A DNA stretch of 64,000 nucleotides from Azolla caroliniana (GCA_043228905.1 JBHGNT010000008.1:1736001-1800000); one strand, 5' to 3'; shown: positions 40,371-53,444, numbered from the stretch's first letter. Made by a program: numbers and translations. Notes: generated from the letters alone by a model not told the origin.

Positions 40371-41283
40371 CTATGAAGGACTAAACACAAAAATGGGAAA
40401 TAGGTATGGTGAATACACGTACACAAAACAACGATAGAGAACACAGGATGTTTACGTGGAAAACCCTAATTGGGAAAAACCACGGTGTCGTGAAGAAAAC
40501 CGTCCATAGGCAGAATCGGCGCACCTAGGCGTGGGAACCGGTTCTTCACGCGCGCAAGCTCCAAGTTGTACATAAAAGCGAATTAGGAGGATAATCGGCA
40601 GGAACGGGCCCTAACTCAAGTGGAGACAAAGACCGCGCGAACAGTCTTTTCGGTCGCGCGCGCGAACTGTACGAGTCGGCGGCGTAACTACGCGGATGCG
40701 TGAAAAACGGAGCGGATCCCTGTCCAAAAGGGACAGGGAATAAAGCTGATAGGACGGCCTGCTCGTCGGCCTATATAAGGAGCAGGAAAGAGCTGTTGCA
40801 GGGATCTCGCGCGGAGAGGACGAAGTGCTGCCGGACCGTTTCTGGGCGCTTCCCTCTCTCTCTCTCTGTGTTTCCTTCCTTCTCGAGCTCCAAAGCTTCT
40901 GTGCAGGGTTCCGGGGAGGCTCGCGCTGTTTCGAGGAACGCCCGAGTGCTTCCGGCAGCACCTCCGACCTGCTACCCCGTTTGTGCGTCGAAGCGAACAG
41001 GCATCGGCATCTGTTCGCCGGCCTGTTCGGTTGTAAACAACCTGTGCCCCATCGAGGGTTGTAGTCGTGTTAGCCATTTTTGTTAATACACATATTTAGT
41101 CATTCGCATCTGTCTGTGTCGGTGTCTGTTCGCGTTCTCCGTGCTGAAGGGCCGTGTCCCTGCGTATCCCCGGTCCTGCGTAGCCGGTTCTCTCTCTTTC
41201 TCCTCCCTTGCTTGCTCTTTGGTTCGAGACCCCCGCGGTCCCGCCTCATTTTCACACGCACTTGCGTAATATCTCGATATTTT

Positions 41284-41301
41284 TGGTGAACCCGACGTGA
41301 A
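41284..41301 (+). promoter_or_regulatory. Primer-binding site complementary to tRNA-Trp (also 47799-47816)
   Basis: TGGTGAACCCGACGTGAA is the reverse complement of the 3' end of plant cytosolic tRNA-Trp (...TTCACGTCGGGTTCACCA). Confidence 0.88.
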
Positions 41302-41323
41302 AGAGGCGGCAGAAGAGCAGAAG

Positions 41324-43450
41324 ATGAGGGGGTCGGATCTCGCAGAGGCCATGGCTTCGGCCGTGGATCGGATTGTAAACGCGCGCGAGGGCACCGGTGC
41401 CCTCGACAGAGCTATTGAGGCGGTCGTCGGCACGATCGGCCGGTTCGATGGGAGGGATGCCACGAAGTATCTAGCGTCCTACGGTGCAGAGATGCTGATG
41501 CGGGACATTCCGGAACAAAGGCGTCTTGCCGGATTTCCCCGAGTAGCGATGCCGAGCATCCATGCGGAGGTGCTCGAGGTGCGGACGGAGAGCCGTACCT
41601 GGGAGGAGTTCGAAGGTCGGCTCCTAGAGAAATACGGGCTGGACGACGCGCTCCGGCTTTCGAAGCGAAGGTTCATGGAATGGGTGGAGTCCCCGGGGAA
41701 GGGAAGAAACGCGTCGGCGCTCCTCCGGGAGTTCGAGGAAAACTTTGCGCGCCTTTCGGCGCTCGACCGAACCATCCTGGACACGAGCCGGGTCTTGCTG
41801 TTTGTCAAGTCGGTCGACGAGCGGGATCGGGAGCAAGTGGGCCTCTTGCTGGAAACCGAAGACGGGCTCACTACCGACTGGGCGGCTGTCAGGAAGGTCT
41901 GTGGCCGTTTCGACAAACGGCGAGAATGGGCGGATAACGGGGCGACCGGGTCGGGCTCGGTCGCAGCGAGGAAGCTCGAACCGGCGCCACAGGTGCGCAA
42001 GGAAGAGACCCGGGGGTGGTTGGAAACCGGTTCGGCTTCGACCGGCGTAGTCAGAGGCTCAACCGGAGGAGCGGCGCTGGAGGAATTGACGAAGGCGATA
42101 AAGGACCTCCAAATCGCGCAGGCTCGAAGGGAAGGAGGCGAACCGGCTCGTGACCAACGGCCGGCGGCAGGAAACAGGTGCATGTGGTGCGATGAAGTCG
42201 GCCACATTCGGAAGGACTGCGGCGACTTCGCGGAGGCGCTGAGGGACAGGGTGGTGTACCTGTGGGAAGGATGGGTGCATGCCAGCGACACCCGAAGGGC
42301 CCTGAGCCGAAACGACGGAAAAGGTGGTATGAAAGGGTTGATGGAAGAGGCGGCGGCCCGACACGCGGAAACCGTCCACTACTCGGCGTCGGCCGGCATT
42401 CGAGTCGGGGGCGGCGAGGCCCGAAGGGAAAGCAAAGCCGGATTCTGGCCGACGATGCTGGAAGGCCTTGCCGGTGCAAGGCTTAAAGGGGAGGAATCGG
42501 ACCGTGCGGAGAACCGGGTACGGGAGATGACCGGGTGGAGCGACCCGGTCGAGGAAAGGACGGGCTTCGTGGAAGCCGCTTGCCAGAACTACGAGGCTCT
42601 GGTAGAAGAGAAGCGGGTGGGGAGACCCGGGACGACCGGGCCCTCACAACGATACGAGACCCGGTCCGGGCCACGACGGGACGAAGCCGGCGGGGCCGGT
42701 ACGCAAGATAAACCCCAGAAGGGCGGGTACCGTCTGGGGACGGAGATAGAAAGGACCACGGACTTACGAAAGGTCCTGGAGGAACGGATCCTCGACAGCA
42801 AGGTGGAGTTGTCGTTACGAGAGGTGCTGGGAATCGCCAAGAAGGAGTTCCACGACTCCATCGTGGACTTGGTGAAACGGAAGAGGCTGTCGACGGAGAC
42901 AGAACCGGAAAGACCGGTGGAAGTGCGGACGACGCACCTAGACGACATGGCGCTGGGAGACGAGTGGGCGGAAAGCCACTATTCGAGACCACACTGGGCC
43001 CGAGCGACCACGGAAACCCCGGTGAAGATCGGCGATGTCCAGGAACAGGTGATAGCTTTGGTGGACCACGGATCGGAGATCAATTTGATGTCCATGGACT
43101 TCTATAAGAAGGGCAAATGGCCGATCAACACCAAGCACGGGTGGAAAATAAGGGCAGCGACGCGCGCCACCGAGGAACTGCACGGGGCCTGTCCGAATGT
43201 GCGAGTCAAGATCGGCGACGTCGAGATCGACCAGCACTTCTTCGTGCAGGAGACGTCTTCGCATCCGGTCATTCTGGGAGAGCCGTACATCACGGCGGCG
43301 CGAATGGAGACCAAAGTGCTGGACAATGGGTCGGCCTTCGCGAGGGTCAAAAGCCAAGACGGGCGCCATTCGGTCCAGTTTCTGACGGTACGGCCGAACC
43401 ACGAACGTAACCGCGATTCCCTCGGTTCCGAAAACCGAGAGGATTTTTAG
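41324..43450 (+). CDS. gag: Gag-protease ORF, unit 1
   Basis: Open ORF from the first ATG at 41324. CMWCDEVGHIRKDC zinc knuckle and ALVDHGSEINLM aspartic protease. Confidence 0.9.
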   Translation: MRGSDLAEAMASAVDRIVNAREGTGALDRAIEAVVGTIGRFDGRDATKYLASYGAEMLMRDIPEQRRLAGFPRVAMPSIHAEVLEVRTESRTWEEFEGRLLEKYGLDDALRLSKRRFMEWVESPGKGRNASALLREFEENFARLSALDRTILDTSRVLLFVKSVDERDREQVGLLLETEDGLTTDWAAVRKVCGRFDKRREWADNGATGSGSVAARKLEPAPQVRKEETRGWLETGSASTGVVRGSTGGAALEELTKAIKDLQIAQARREGGEPARDQRPAAGNRCMWCDEVGHIRKDCGDFAEALRDRVVYLWEGWVHASDTRRALSRNDGKGGMKGLMEEAAARHAETVHYSASAGIRVGGGEARRESKAGFWPTMLEGLAGARLKGEESDRAENRVREMTGWSDPVEERTGFVEAACQNYEALVEEKRVGRPGTTGPSQRYETRSGPRRDEAGGAGTQDKPQKGGYRLGTEIERTTDLRKVLEERILDSKVELSLREVLGIAKKEFHDSIVDLVKRKRLSTETEPERPVEVRTTHLDDMALGDEWAESHYSRPHWARATTETPVKIGDVQEQVIALVDHGSEINLMSMDFYKKGKWPINTKHGWKIRAATRATEELHGACPNVRVKIGDVEIDQHFFVQETSSHPVILGEPYITAARMETKVLDNGSAFARVKSQDGRHSVQFLTVRPNHERNRDSLGSENREDF

Positions 43451-46400
43451 AGAGGACTGCCAAGGCGTGGGGCCGCGACAGTCCGGATGCTCCGGGAAAA
43501 CCCCACATCTGTACGATAAAACCGTGTACAATAGGTAGGAAATTTTGCTTCTCCGACAGCGGAGCATGTACGATGGTCGGCATCACCGGCCGAGAGAAAA
43601 CAAAGACGGAGGGGAGACTTCGGGCGTGTGGGGTTCTCGGCCCTGACGAAGGAATCAACGGAGCCGTGGAGGCAGTCTCCTTCGACGACACCTTGGGGAT
43701 GCTGGGGAAGGTAGTCGAAGAAGACCTTAACGAAGACCGGACGATACCGGTATGTTCCGAAGAAATGTACGAAGTCATCGCGGACTTCGGTCGAGGGCTC
43801 GAGTCGGAACGGACGGCCCGAGTGAGCACCAAGTACAAGACGGTGGACCGGAAGGTGAGGCCAGTTGCGGCGCCCTTACCGGAGGGCAGCGAATCCCGAA
43901 TCAAAGGGGTTGCATCGGACCCCAGCTTACGAGATCCGGCCTGCATAGGACACACCTTCACCAACGAGACGCTCCGCGAGCTGAAGATCGGTGGGGGCGG
44001 GTTCCTACTGCCGGCGGAGGAAGACCGGTTCCGGAGAATGCTCGGAAGGCACGGGAAAGCCTTCGCATTCTCGCCGGAGGAAATCGGGTGTGTGGACCCG
44101 ACGATCGTAGAGCCGATGGTGATATTCACGGTACCGCATGTACCGTGGAATCTCAAGCCAATTTCGGTTCCGAGAGCTCACATCCCGAAGTTGATGGAGC
44201 TGTTGAAGCAGAAAGTTGATATGGGCATTCTCGAGCCGTCGAGCGCCCCGTATTCAAACCGCTGGTTTACCGTGCCAAAGAAAAACGGATCATTGCGCTT
44301 CATTCAGGACCTGCAGCCGGTCAATAGGGTGACCATTCGGAACGCAGGGATCGGACCGACCATAGACGAGTTCGCGGAGGCCTTCGCCGGAAGGTCGATT
44401 TACTCGGTCGGTGATCTATACTCAGGGTATGACCAGTTCCAGCTAGCCGTGGAGAGCAGAGAAATTACGACGATGCGAACTCCCCTCGGCCTAGTGCGGA
44501 TGTGTACGCTGCCGCAAGGAGGGACCAACTCGGTGGCCCACATGGTGAATGCAATGAACAAGGTGCTGAGGGACTGCATCCCGGACATCACCATGCCGTT
44601 TCTAGACGACATCCCGATCAAGGGATGCCCGGTAGAAGAGAAGGACGAGACGGTCGGGCCGGACGGATGCCGGCGATTCGTGGTAATGCACATCGACGAC
44701 TGCGAGAAGGTGCTGCAAAGGCTAGAGGATGCGAGGCTCACCTTCTCGGGGGAGAAGTCTGCCTTCGGGCAGTCGGAAATCATGGTGGTCGGACATTTGT
44801 GCGGGCCATATGGCCGGAAACCGTCTCCGGCAAAGGTAGAGGCCATCTCCGCGATGAAGCCTGACTGCAGCTCGGTCACGGAAGTACGAAGATTCTTGGG
44901 AGCATGCGCCTTCTACCACATATGGATCCCGCATTACGCGCACGTCGCGGAGCCACTGTACGGATTATTGAAGAAAGGGCGAAGATTCGAATGGCTAGAC
45001 AAGCACGCGGAGTCGGTCCGGAAGCTGAAGGAGGCTCTTTCGGCAGCACCGGCGCTCCGAAAGGCTGTCTACGGGAAGGACACCCCAGTGTACATAACGG
45101 TTGACACGAGTCCGACCGGAATCGGGTGGGTCGTCAACCAAGAAGACGAGGACGGCAATCGGTTTCCGATCTGATTCGGCGCGAAGGTCCTCAGCGAACG
45201 GCAGCGAGGATACGCCCAGGTTAAACGCGAACTCTGGGGTATCATTTCGGCGGTGAAGGCCGACAAGGACTATCTGATCGGGACGGAGGTAATCATAGAG
45301 ACGGATTGCATGCCGATTCTCGGCATGGTTTCCGGGTGCGCGACGCCGGACCTGGCAATGCTCAGGTGGATAGCGTACATCAAGTCCCTAGACCCGGTAA
45401 TACGACACATTTCCGGGAAAGACAACGCCATGGCCGACATGCTTTCAAGGGCGAGATTCGAGGACGAGGGCGGCATGGTCTCGGAGGACGAAGAGGTCGG
45501 CGTGGACTTCTTCGAGACTGCGTATGTAACAACCGGCGGGACAAGCACTCCGGCGCTTAACGACTTCGACGCGAGCAAGTACGACGGGGAGTGGCTGCAT
45601 ATCGGTGGGTTTTTGAAGACAATGACGCCCGATGCGTCATGGACAAAGGACGAGGCCAACCGGATCCGGAGGAAAGCGTACCGGTTCTTTCTCCGGGATG
45701 GCTACCTATGGAAGCACCCGAAGAAGAGGGACGGCGCTCCGCTCCGGGTGGTGGCGATGAAGGAAGAACAGGAGGAGCTGCTGACGGCCTACCACGACAG
45801 CCCTTGGGCTGGACACCGTGGAACATGGGCTACGTTTGAGAAACTGAAGGGGAAGTATTGGTGGCCGGGGCAGTACCAGGACGTGCATCGGTTCGTGACA
45901 ACTTGCGAGAGCTGTCAGACGCACTCCATAGTCCGACATCGGGACGAACTTCACCCCACGTACCCTCCGACCATCCACTTCAAATGGATGGTAGATCTGG
46001 TAACGATGCCAATGGGAGTAGGACAGATGCGGTACCTGGTCCTAGCGCGGGTGGATCTGACGAACCAGGTGGAAGGCCGGGCCCTTCCGAACAAAACGAC
46101 CGCAGCCGTATGCCGGTTCCTAATCGAAGACGTGATATGCCGGTACGGGTGCGTCGGGAAGATCGTGGCTGACCGAGGGGAGTTGGACGCCGAAGAAGCT
46201 GCGGAGCTGTTCGACCGGCTCGGAGTTAAGCTCTCGCTCACCACTGTGTACAATCCGGAGGCGAATGGGAAGGTGGAGCGCGGACACGGACCGATCGTCA
46301 AGGCGTTGGTTCGGGCGTGCGGAGGCCAAGTCGGTAACTGGCCGCGGCTGCTGCCTTATGCCTTGTGGGCAGACCGGACCACGCACAGTTCGGTAACTGG

Positions 46401-46929
46401 GTACATGCCGACGGAGCTCATGTTCGGCCAGAAGCCGATCATGCCGATGGAACGGACGATCTCCTCATGGGCAACGGTCGATTGGAGGGACGAGATGAGC
46501 CGGGAGGAGTTGTTGGCCGCGCGTATACGACAACTCGAGCGGAGACCGGAGGACGTGGAACTGGCTGCGGAGAGGCTCCGGGCGGCGAGGGCAAAGAACA
46601 AAGCCAGGTTCGACCGAACGCACCGGCTCCGACCGACGAAAATCGAAGAAGGTGACTGGGTGCTCGTCTACGACAGCAGCCTCGACAACCAGCACCGAGC
46701 CACACGGAAGTTCGCACGAAGGTGGTTCGGGCCTTACGTGGTACGGAGCGCCAATGACAACGGGACATATCACCTGGCGGAACTTGACGGCACGAGAGTG
46801 GCGATACCGGTTGCAGGGAAGCGGATCAAAGCGTTCAAGAAGCGACATGACGACGAGCCGGACCCGGCTCTCCTAGTCAGCAGTGACGAACGACCCGGAA
46901 ACGAGGAAGAACCGACGGGCGAGGAATGA
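43441..46929 (+). pseudogene. pol: Pol (RT-RNase H-integrase), unit 1, in the -1 frame with one premature TGA at 45172
   Basis: FLDD RT, VDTS RNase H, HHCC and D-D-E integrase, GPY motif. The frame is open from 43441. Confidence 0.92.
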
Positions 46930-47838
46930 AGACGGGCCGGTTTTCTCCGTCCCAACTCTCTTGGCGCATACCGGAGGATGCGCGGTTAGGTGGGGGCGGA
47001 TGTCGTGAAGAAAACCGTCCATAGGCGGAATCGGCGCACCTAGGCGTGGGAACCGGTTCTTCACGCGCGCAAGCTCCAAGTTGTACATAAAAGCGAATTA
47101 GGAGGATAATCGGCAGGAACGGGCCCTAACTCAAGTGGAGACAAAGACCGCGCGAACAGTCTTTTCGGTCGCGCGCGCGAACTGTACGAGTCGGCGGCGT
47201 AACTACGCGGATGCGTGAAAAACGGAGCGGATCCCTGTCCAAAAGGGACAGGGAATAAAGCTGATAGGACGGCCTGCTCGTCGGCCTATATAAGGAGCAG
47301 GAAAGAGCTGTTGCAGGGATCTCGTGCGGAGAGGACGAAGTGCTGCCGGACCGTTTCTGGGCGCTTCCCTCTCTCTCTCTCTGTGTTTCCTTCCTTCTCG
47401 AGCTCCAAAGCTTCTGTGCAGGGTTCCGGGGAGGCTCGCGCTGTTTCGAGGAACGCCCGAGTGCTTCCGGCAGCACCTCCGACCTGCTACCCCGTTTGTG
47501 CGTCGAAGCGAACAGGCATCGGCATCTGTTCGCCGGCCTGTTCGGTTGTAAACAACCTGTGCCCCATCGAGGGTTGTAGTCGTGTTAGCCATTTTTGTTA
47601 ATACACATATTTAGTCATTCGCATCTGTCTGTGTCGGTGTCTGTTCGCGTTCTCCGTGCTGAAGGGCCGTGTCCCTGCGTATCCCCGGTCCTGCGTAGCC
47701 GGTTCTCTCTCTTTCTCCTCCCTTGCTTGCTCTTTGGTTCGAGACCCCCGCGGTCCCGCCTCATTTTCACACGCACTTGCGTAATATCTCGATATTTTTG
47801 GTGAACCCGACGTGAAAGAGGCGGCAGAAGAGCAGAAG

Positions 47839-49965
47839 ATGAGGGGGTCGGATCTCGCAGAGGCCATGGCTTCGGCCGTGGATCGGATTGTAAACGCGCG
47901 CGAGGGCACCGGTGCCCTCGACAGAGCTATTGAGGCGGTCGTCGGCACGATCGGCCGGTTCGATGGGAGGGATGCCACGAAGTATCTAGCGTCCTACGGT
48001 GCAGAGATGCTGATGCGGGACATTCCGGAACAAAGGCGTCTTGCCGGATTTCCCCGAGTAGCGATGCCGAGCATCCATGCGGAGGTGCTCGAGGTGCGGA
48101 CGGAGAGCCGTACCTGGGAGGAGTTCGAAGGTCGGCTCCTAGAGAAATACGGGCTGGACGACGCGCTCCGGCTTTCGAAGCGAAGGTTCATGGAATGGGT
48201 GGAGTCCCCGGGGAAGGGAAGAAACGCGTCGGCGCTCCTCCGGGAGTTCGAGGAAAACTTTGCGCGCCTTTCGGCGCTCGACCGAACCATCCTGGACACG
48301 AGCCGGGTCTTGCTGTTTGTCAAGTCGGTCGACGAGCGGGATCGGGAGCAAGTGGGCCTCTTGCTGGAAACCGAAGACGGGCTCACTACCGACTGGGCGG
48401 CTGTCAGGAAGGTCTGTGGCCGTTTCGACAAACGGCGAGAATGGGCGGATAACGGGGCGACCGGGTCGGGCTCGGTCGCAGCGAGGAAGCTCGAACCGGC
48501 GCCACAGGTGCGCAAGGAAGAGACCCGGGGGTGGTTGGAAACCGGTTCGGCTTCGACCGGCGTAGTCAGAGGCTCAACCGGAGGAGCGGCGCTGGAGGAA
48601 TTGACGAAGGCGATAAAGGACCTCCAAATCGCGCAGGCTCGAAGGGAAGGAGGCGAACCGGCTCGTGACCAACGGCCGGCGGCAGGAAACAGGTGCATGT
48701 GGTGCGATGAAGTCGGCCACATTCGGAAGGACTGCGGCGACTTCGCGGAGGCGCTGAGGGACAGGGTGGTGTACCTGTGGGAAGGATGGGTGCATGCCAG
48801 CGACACCCGAAGGGCCCTGAGCCGAAACGACGGAAAAGGTGGTATGAAAGGGTTGATGGAAGAGGCGGCGGCCCGACACGCGGAAACCGTCCACTACTCG
48901 GCGTCGGCCGGCATTCGAGTCGGGGGCGGCGAGGCCCGAAGGGAAAGCAAAGCCGGATTCTGGCCGACGATGCTGGAAGGCCTTGCCGGTGCAAGGCTTA
49001 AAGGGGAGGAATCGGACCGTGCGGAGAACCGGGTACGGGAGATGACCGGGTGGAGCGACCCGGTCGAGGAAAGGACGGGCTTCGTGGAAGCCGCTTGCCA
49101 GAACTACGAGGCTCTGGTAGAAGAGAAGCGGGTGGGGAGACCCGGGACGACCGGGCCCTCACAACGATACGAGACCCGGTCCGGGCCACGACGGGACGAA
49201 GCCGGCGGGGCCGGTACGCAAGATAAACCCCAGAAGGGCGGGTACCGTCTGGGGACGGAGATAGAAAGGACCACGGACTTACGAAAGGTCCTGGAGGAAC
49301 GGATCCTCGACAGCAAGGTGGAGTTGTCGTTACGAGAGGTGCTGGGAATCGCCAAGAAGGAGTTCCACGACTCCATCGTGGACTTGGTGAAACGGAAGAG
49401 GCTGTCGACGGAGACAGAACCGGAAAGACCGGTGGAAGTGCGGACGACGCACCTAGACGACATGGCGCTGGGAGACGAGTGGGCGGAAAGCCACTATTCG
49501 AGACCACACTGGGCCCGAGCGACCACGGAAACCCCGGTGAAGATCGGCGATGTCCAGGAACAGGTGATAGCTTTGGTGGACCACGGATCGGAGATCAATT
49601 TGATGTCCATGGACTTCTATAAGAAGGGCAAATGGCCGATCAACACCAAGCACGGGTGGAAAATAAGGGCAGCGACGCGCGCCACCGAGGAACTGCACGG
49701 GGCCTGTCCGAATGTGCGAGTCAAGATCGGCGACGTCGAGATCGACCAGCACTTCTTCGTGCAGGAGACGTCTTCGCATCCGGTCATTCTGGGAGAGCCG
49801 TACATCACGGCGGCGCGAATGGAGACCAAAGTGCTGGACAATGGGTCGGCCTTCGCGAGGGTCAAAAGCCAAGACGGGCGCCATTCGGTCCAGTTTCTGA
49901 CGGTACGGCCGAACCACGAACGTAACCGCGATTCCCTCGGTTCCGAAAACCGAGAGGATTTTTAG
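47839..49965 (+). CDS. gag: Gag-protease ORF, unit 2
   Basis: Translation identical to unit 1. Confidence 0.9.
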   Translation: MRGSDLAEAMASAVDRIVNAREGTGALDRAIEAVVGTIGRFDGRDATKYLASYGAEMLMRDIPEQRRLAGFPRVAMPSIHAEVLEVRTESRTWEEFEGRLLEKYGLDDALRLSKRRFMEWVESPGKGRNASALLREFEENFARLSALDRTILDTSRVLLFVKSVDERDREQVGLLLETEDGLTTDWAAVRKVCGRFDKRREWADNGATGSGSVAARKLEPAPQVRKEETRGWLETGSASTGVVRGSTGGAALEELTKAIKDLQIAQARREGGEPARDQRPAAGNRCMWCDEVGHIRKDCGDFAEALRDRVVYLWEGWVHASDTRRALSRNDGKGGMKGLMEEAAARHAETVHYSASAGIRVGGGEARRESKAGFWPTMLEGLAGARLKGEESDRAENRVREMTGWSDPVEERTGFVEAACQNYEALVEEKRVGRPGTTGPSQRYETRSGPRRDEAGGAGTQDKPQKGGYRLGTEIERTTDLRKVLEERILDSKVELSLREVLGIAKKEFHDSIVDLVKRKRLSTETEPERPVEVRTTHLDDMALGDEWAESHYSRPHWARATTETPVKIGDVQEQVIALVDHGSEINLMSMDFYKKGKWPINTKHGWKIRAATRATEELHGACPNVRVKIGDVEIDQHFFVQETSSHPVILGEPYITAARMETKVLDNGSAFARVKSQDGRHSVQFLTVRPNHERNRDSLGSENREDF

Positions 49966-52900
49966 AGAGGACTGCCAAGGCGTGGGGCCGCGACAGTCCG
50001 GATGCTCCGGGAAAACCCCACATCTGTACGATAAAACCGTGTACAATAGGTAGGAAATTTTGCTTCTCCGACAGCGGAGCATGTACGATGGTCGGCATCA
50101 CCGGCCGAGAGAAAACAAAGACGGAGGGGAGACTTCGGGCGTGTGGGGTTCTCGGCCCTGACGAAGGAATCAACGGAGCCGTGGAGGCAGTCTCCTTCGA
50201 CGACACCTTGGGGATGCTGGGGAAGGTAGTCGAAGAAGACCTTAACGAAGACCGGACGATACCGGTATGTTCCGAAGAAATGTACGAAGTCATCGCGGAC
50301 TTCGGTCGAGGGCTCGAGTCGGAACGGACGGCCCGAGTGAGCACCAAGTACAAGACGGTGGACCGGAAGGTGAGGCCAGTTGCGGCGCCCTTACCGGAGG
50401 GCAGCGAATCCCGAATCAAAGGGGTTGCATCGGACCCCAGCTTACGAGATCCGGCCTGCATAGGACACACCTTCACCAACGAGACGCTCCGCGAGCTGAA
50501 GATCGGTGGGGGCGGGTTCCTACTGCCGGCGGAGGAAGACCGGTTCCGGAGAATGCTCGGAAGGCACGGGAAAGCCTTCGCATTCTCGCCGGAGGAAATC
50601 GGGTGTGTGGACCCGACGATCGTAGAGCCGATGGTGATATTCACGGTACCGCATGTACCGTGGAATCTCAAGCCAATTTCGGTTCCGAGAGCTCACATCC
50701 CGAAGTTGATGGAGCTGTTGAAGCAGAAAGTTGATATGGGCATTCTCGAGCCGTCGAGCGCCCCGTATTCAAACCGCTGGTTTACCGTGCCAAAGAAAAA
50801 CGGATCATTGCGCTTCATTCAGGACCTGCAGCCGGTCAATAGGGTGACCATTCGGAACGCAGGGATCGGACCGACCATAGACGAGTTCGCGGAGGCCTTC
50901 GCCGGAAGGTCGATTTACTCGGTCGGTGATCTATACTCAGGGTATGACCAGTTCCAGCTAGCCGTGGAGAGCAGAGACATTACGACGATGCGAACTCCCC
51001 TCGGCCTAGTGCGGATGTGTACGCTGCCGCAAGGAGGGACCAACTCGGTGGCCCACATGGTGAATGCAATGAACAAGGTGCTGAGGGACTGCATCCCGGA
51101 CATCACCATGCCGTTTCTAGACGACATCCCGATCAAGGGATGCCCGGTAGAAGAGAAGGACGAGACGGTCGGGCCGGACGGATGCCGGCGATTCGTGGTA
51201 ATGCACATCGACGACTGCGAGAAGGTGCTGCAAAGGCTAGAGGATGCGAGGCTCACCTTCTCGGGGGAGAAGTCTGCCTTCGGGCAGTCGGAAATCATGG
51301 TGGTCGGACATTTGTGCGGGCCATATGGCCGGAAACCGTCTCCGGCAAAGGTAGAGGCCATCTCCGCGATGAAGCCTGACTGCAGCTCGGTCACGGAAGT
51401 ACGAAGATTCTTGGGAGCATGCGCCTTCTACCACATATGGATCCCGCATTACGCGCACGTCGCGGAGCCACTGTACGGATTATTGAAGAAAGGGCGAAGA
51501 TTCGAATGGCTAGACAAGCACGCGGAGTCGGTCCGGAAGCTGAAGGAGGCTCTTTCGGCAGCACCGGCGCTCCGAAAGGCTGTCTACGGGAAGGACACCC
51601 CAGTGTACATAACGGTTGACACGAGTCCGACCGGAATCGGGTGGGTCGTCAACCAAGAAGACGAGGACGGCAATCGGTTTCCGATCTGATTCGGCGCGAA
51701 GGTCCTCAGCGAACGGCAGCGAGGATACGCCCAGGTTAAACGCGAACTCTGGGGTATCATTTCGGCGGTGAAGGCCGACAAGGACTATCTGATCGGGACG
51801 GAGGTAATCATAGAGACGGATTGCATGCCGATTCTCGGCATGGTTTCCGGGTGCGCGACGCCGGACCTGGCAATGCTCAGGTGGATAGCGTACATCAAGT
51901 CCCTAGACCCGGTAATACGACACATTTCCGGGAAAGACAACGCCATGGCCGACATGCTTTCAAGGGCGAGATTCGAGGACGAGGGCGGCATGGTCTCGGA
52001 GGACGAAGAGGTCGGCGTGGACTTCTTCGAGACTGCGTATGTAACAACCGGCGGGACAAGCACTCCGGCGCTTAACGACTTCGACGCGAGCAAGTACGAC
52101 GGGGAGTGGCTGCATATCGGTGGGTTTTTGAAGACAATGACGCCCGATGCGTCATGGACAAAGGACGAGGCCAACCGGATCCGGAGGAAAGCGTACCGGT
52201 TCTTTCTCCGGGATGGCTACCTATGGAAGCACCCGAAGAAGAGGGACGGCGCTCCGCTCCGGGTGGTGGCGATGAAGGAAGAACAGGAGGAGCTGCTGAC
52301 GGCCTACCACGACAGCCCTTGGGCTGGACACCGTGGAACATGGGCTACGTTTGAGAAACTGAAGGGGAAGTATTGGTGGCCGGGGCAGTACCAGGACGTG
52401 CATCGGTTCGTGACAACTTGCGAGAGCTGTCAGACGCACTCCATAGTCCGACATCGGGACGAACTTCACCCCACGTACCCTCCGACCATCCACTTCAAAT
52501 GGATGGTAGATCTGGTAACGATGCCAATGGGAGTAGGACAGATGCGGTACCTGGTCCTAGCGCGGGTGGATCTGACGAACCAGGTGGAAGGCCGGGCCCT
52601 TCCGAACAAAACGACCGCAGCCGTATGCCGGTTCCTAATCGAAGACGTGATATGCCGGTACGGGTGCGTCGGGAAGATCGTGGCTGACCGAGGGGAGTTG
52701 GACGCCGAAGAAGCTGCGGAGCTGTTCGACCGGCTCGGAGTTAAGCTCTCGCTCACCACTGTGTACAATCCGGAGGCGAATGGGAAGGTGGAGCGCGGAC
52801 ACGGACCGATCGTCAAGGCGTTGGTTCGGGCGTGCGGAGGCCAAGTCGGTAACTGGCCGCGGCTGCTGCCTTATGCCTTGTGGGCAGACCGGACCACGCA

Positions 52901-53444
52901 CAGTTCGGTAACTGGGTACATGCCGACGGAGCTCATGTTCGGCCAGAAGCCGATCATGCCGATGGAACGGACGATCTCCTCATGGGCAACGGTCGATTGG
53001 AGGGACGAGATGAGCCGGGAGGAGTTGTTGGCCGCGCGTATACGACAACTCGAGCGGAGACCGGAGGACGTGGAACTGGCTGCGGAGAGGCTCCGGGCGG
53101 CGAGGGCAAAGAACAAAGCCAGGTTCGACCGAACGCACCGGCTCCGACCGACGAAAATCGAAGAAGGTGACTGGGTGCTCGTCTACGACAGCAGCCTCGA
53201 CAACCAGCACCGAGCCACACGGAAGTTCGCACGAAGGTGGTTCGGGCCTTACGTGGTACGGAGCGCCAATGACAACGGGACATATCACCTGGCGGAACTT
53301 GACGGCACGAGAGTGGCGATACCGGTTGCAGGGAAGCGGATCAAAGCGTTCAAGAAGCGACATGACGACGAGCCGGACCCGGCTCTCCTAGTCAGCAGTG
53401 ACGAACGACCCGGAAACGAGGAAGAACCGACGGGCGAGGAATGA
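49956..53444 (+). pseudogene. pol: Pol, unit 2, with the same premature TGA (51687)
   Basis: Identical to unit 1 except E/D at 44463/50978. Confidence 0.92.

Noticed and set aside
45172-45174. Programmed stop-codon readthrough in pol
   Set aside because: The TGA sits mid-RNase H where Arg (CGA) is expected. CpG deamination is the simpler explanation, and its presence in both units reflects the duplication.
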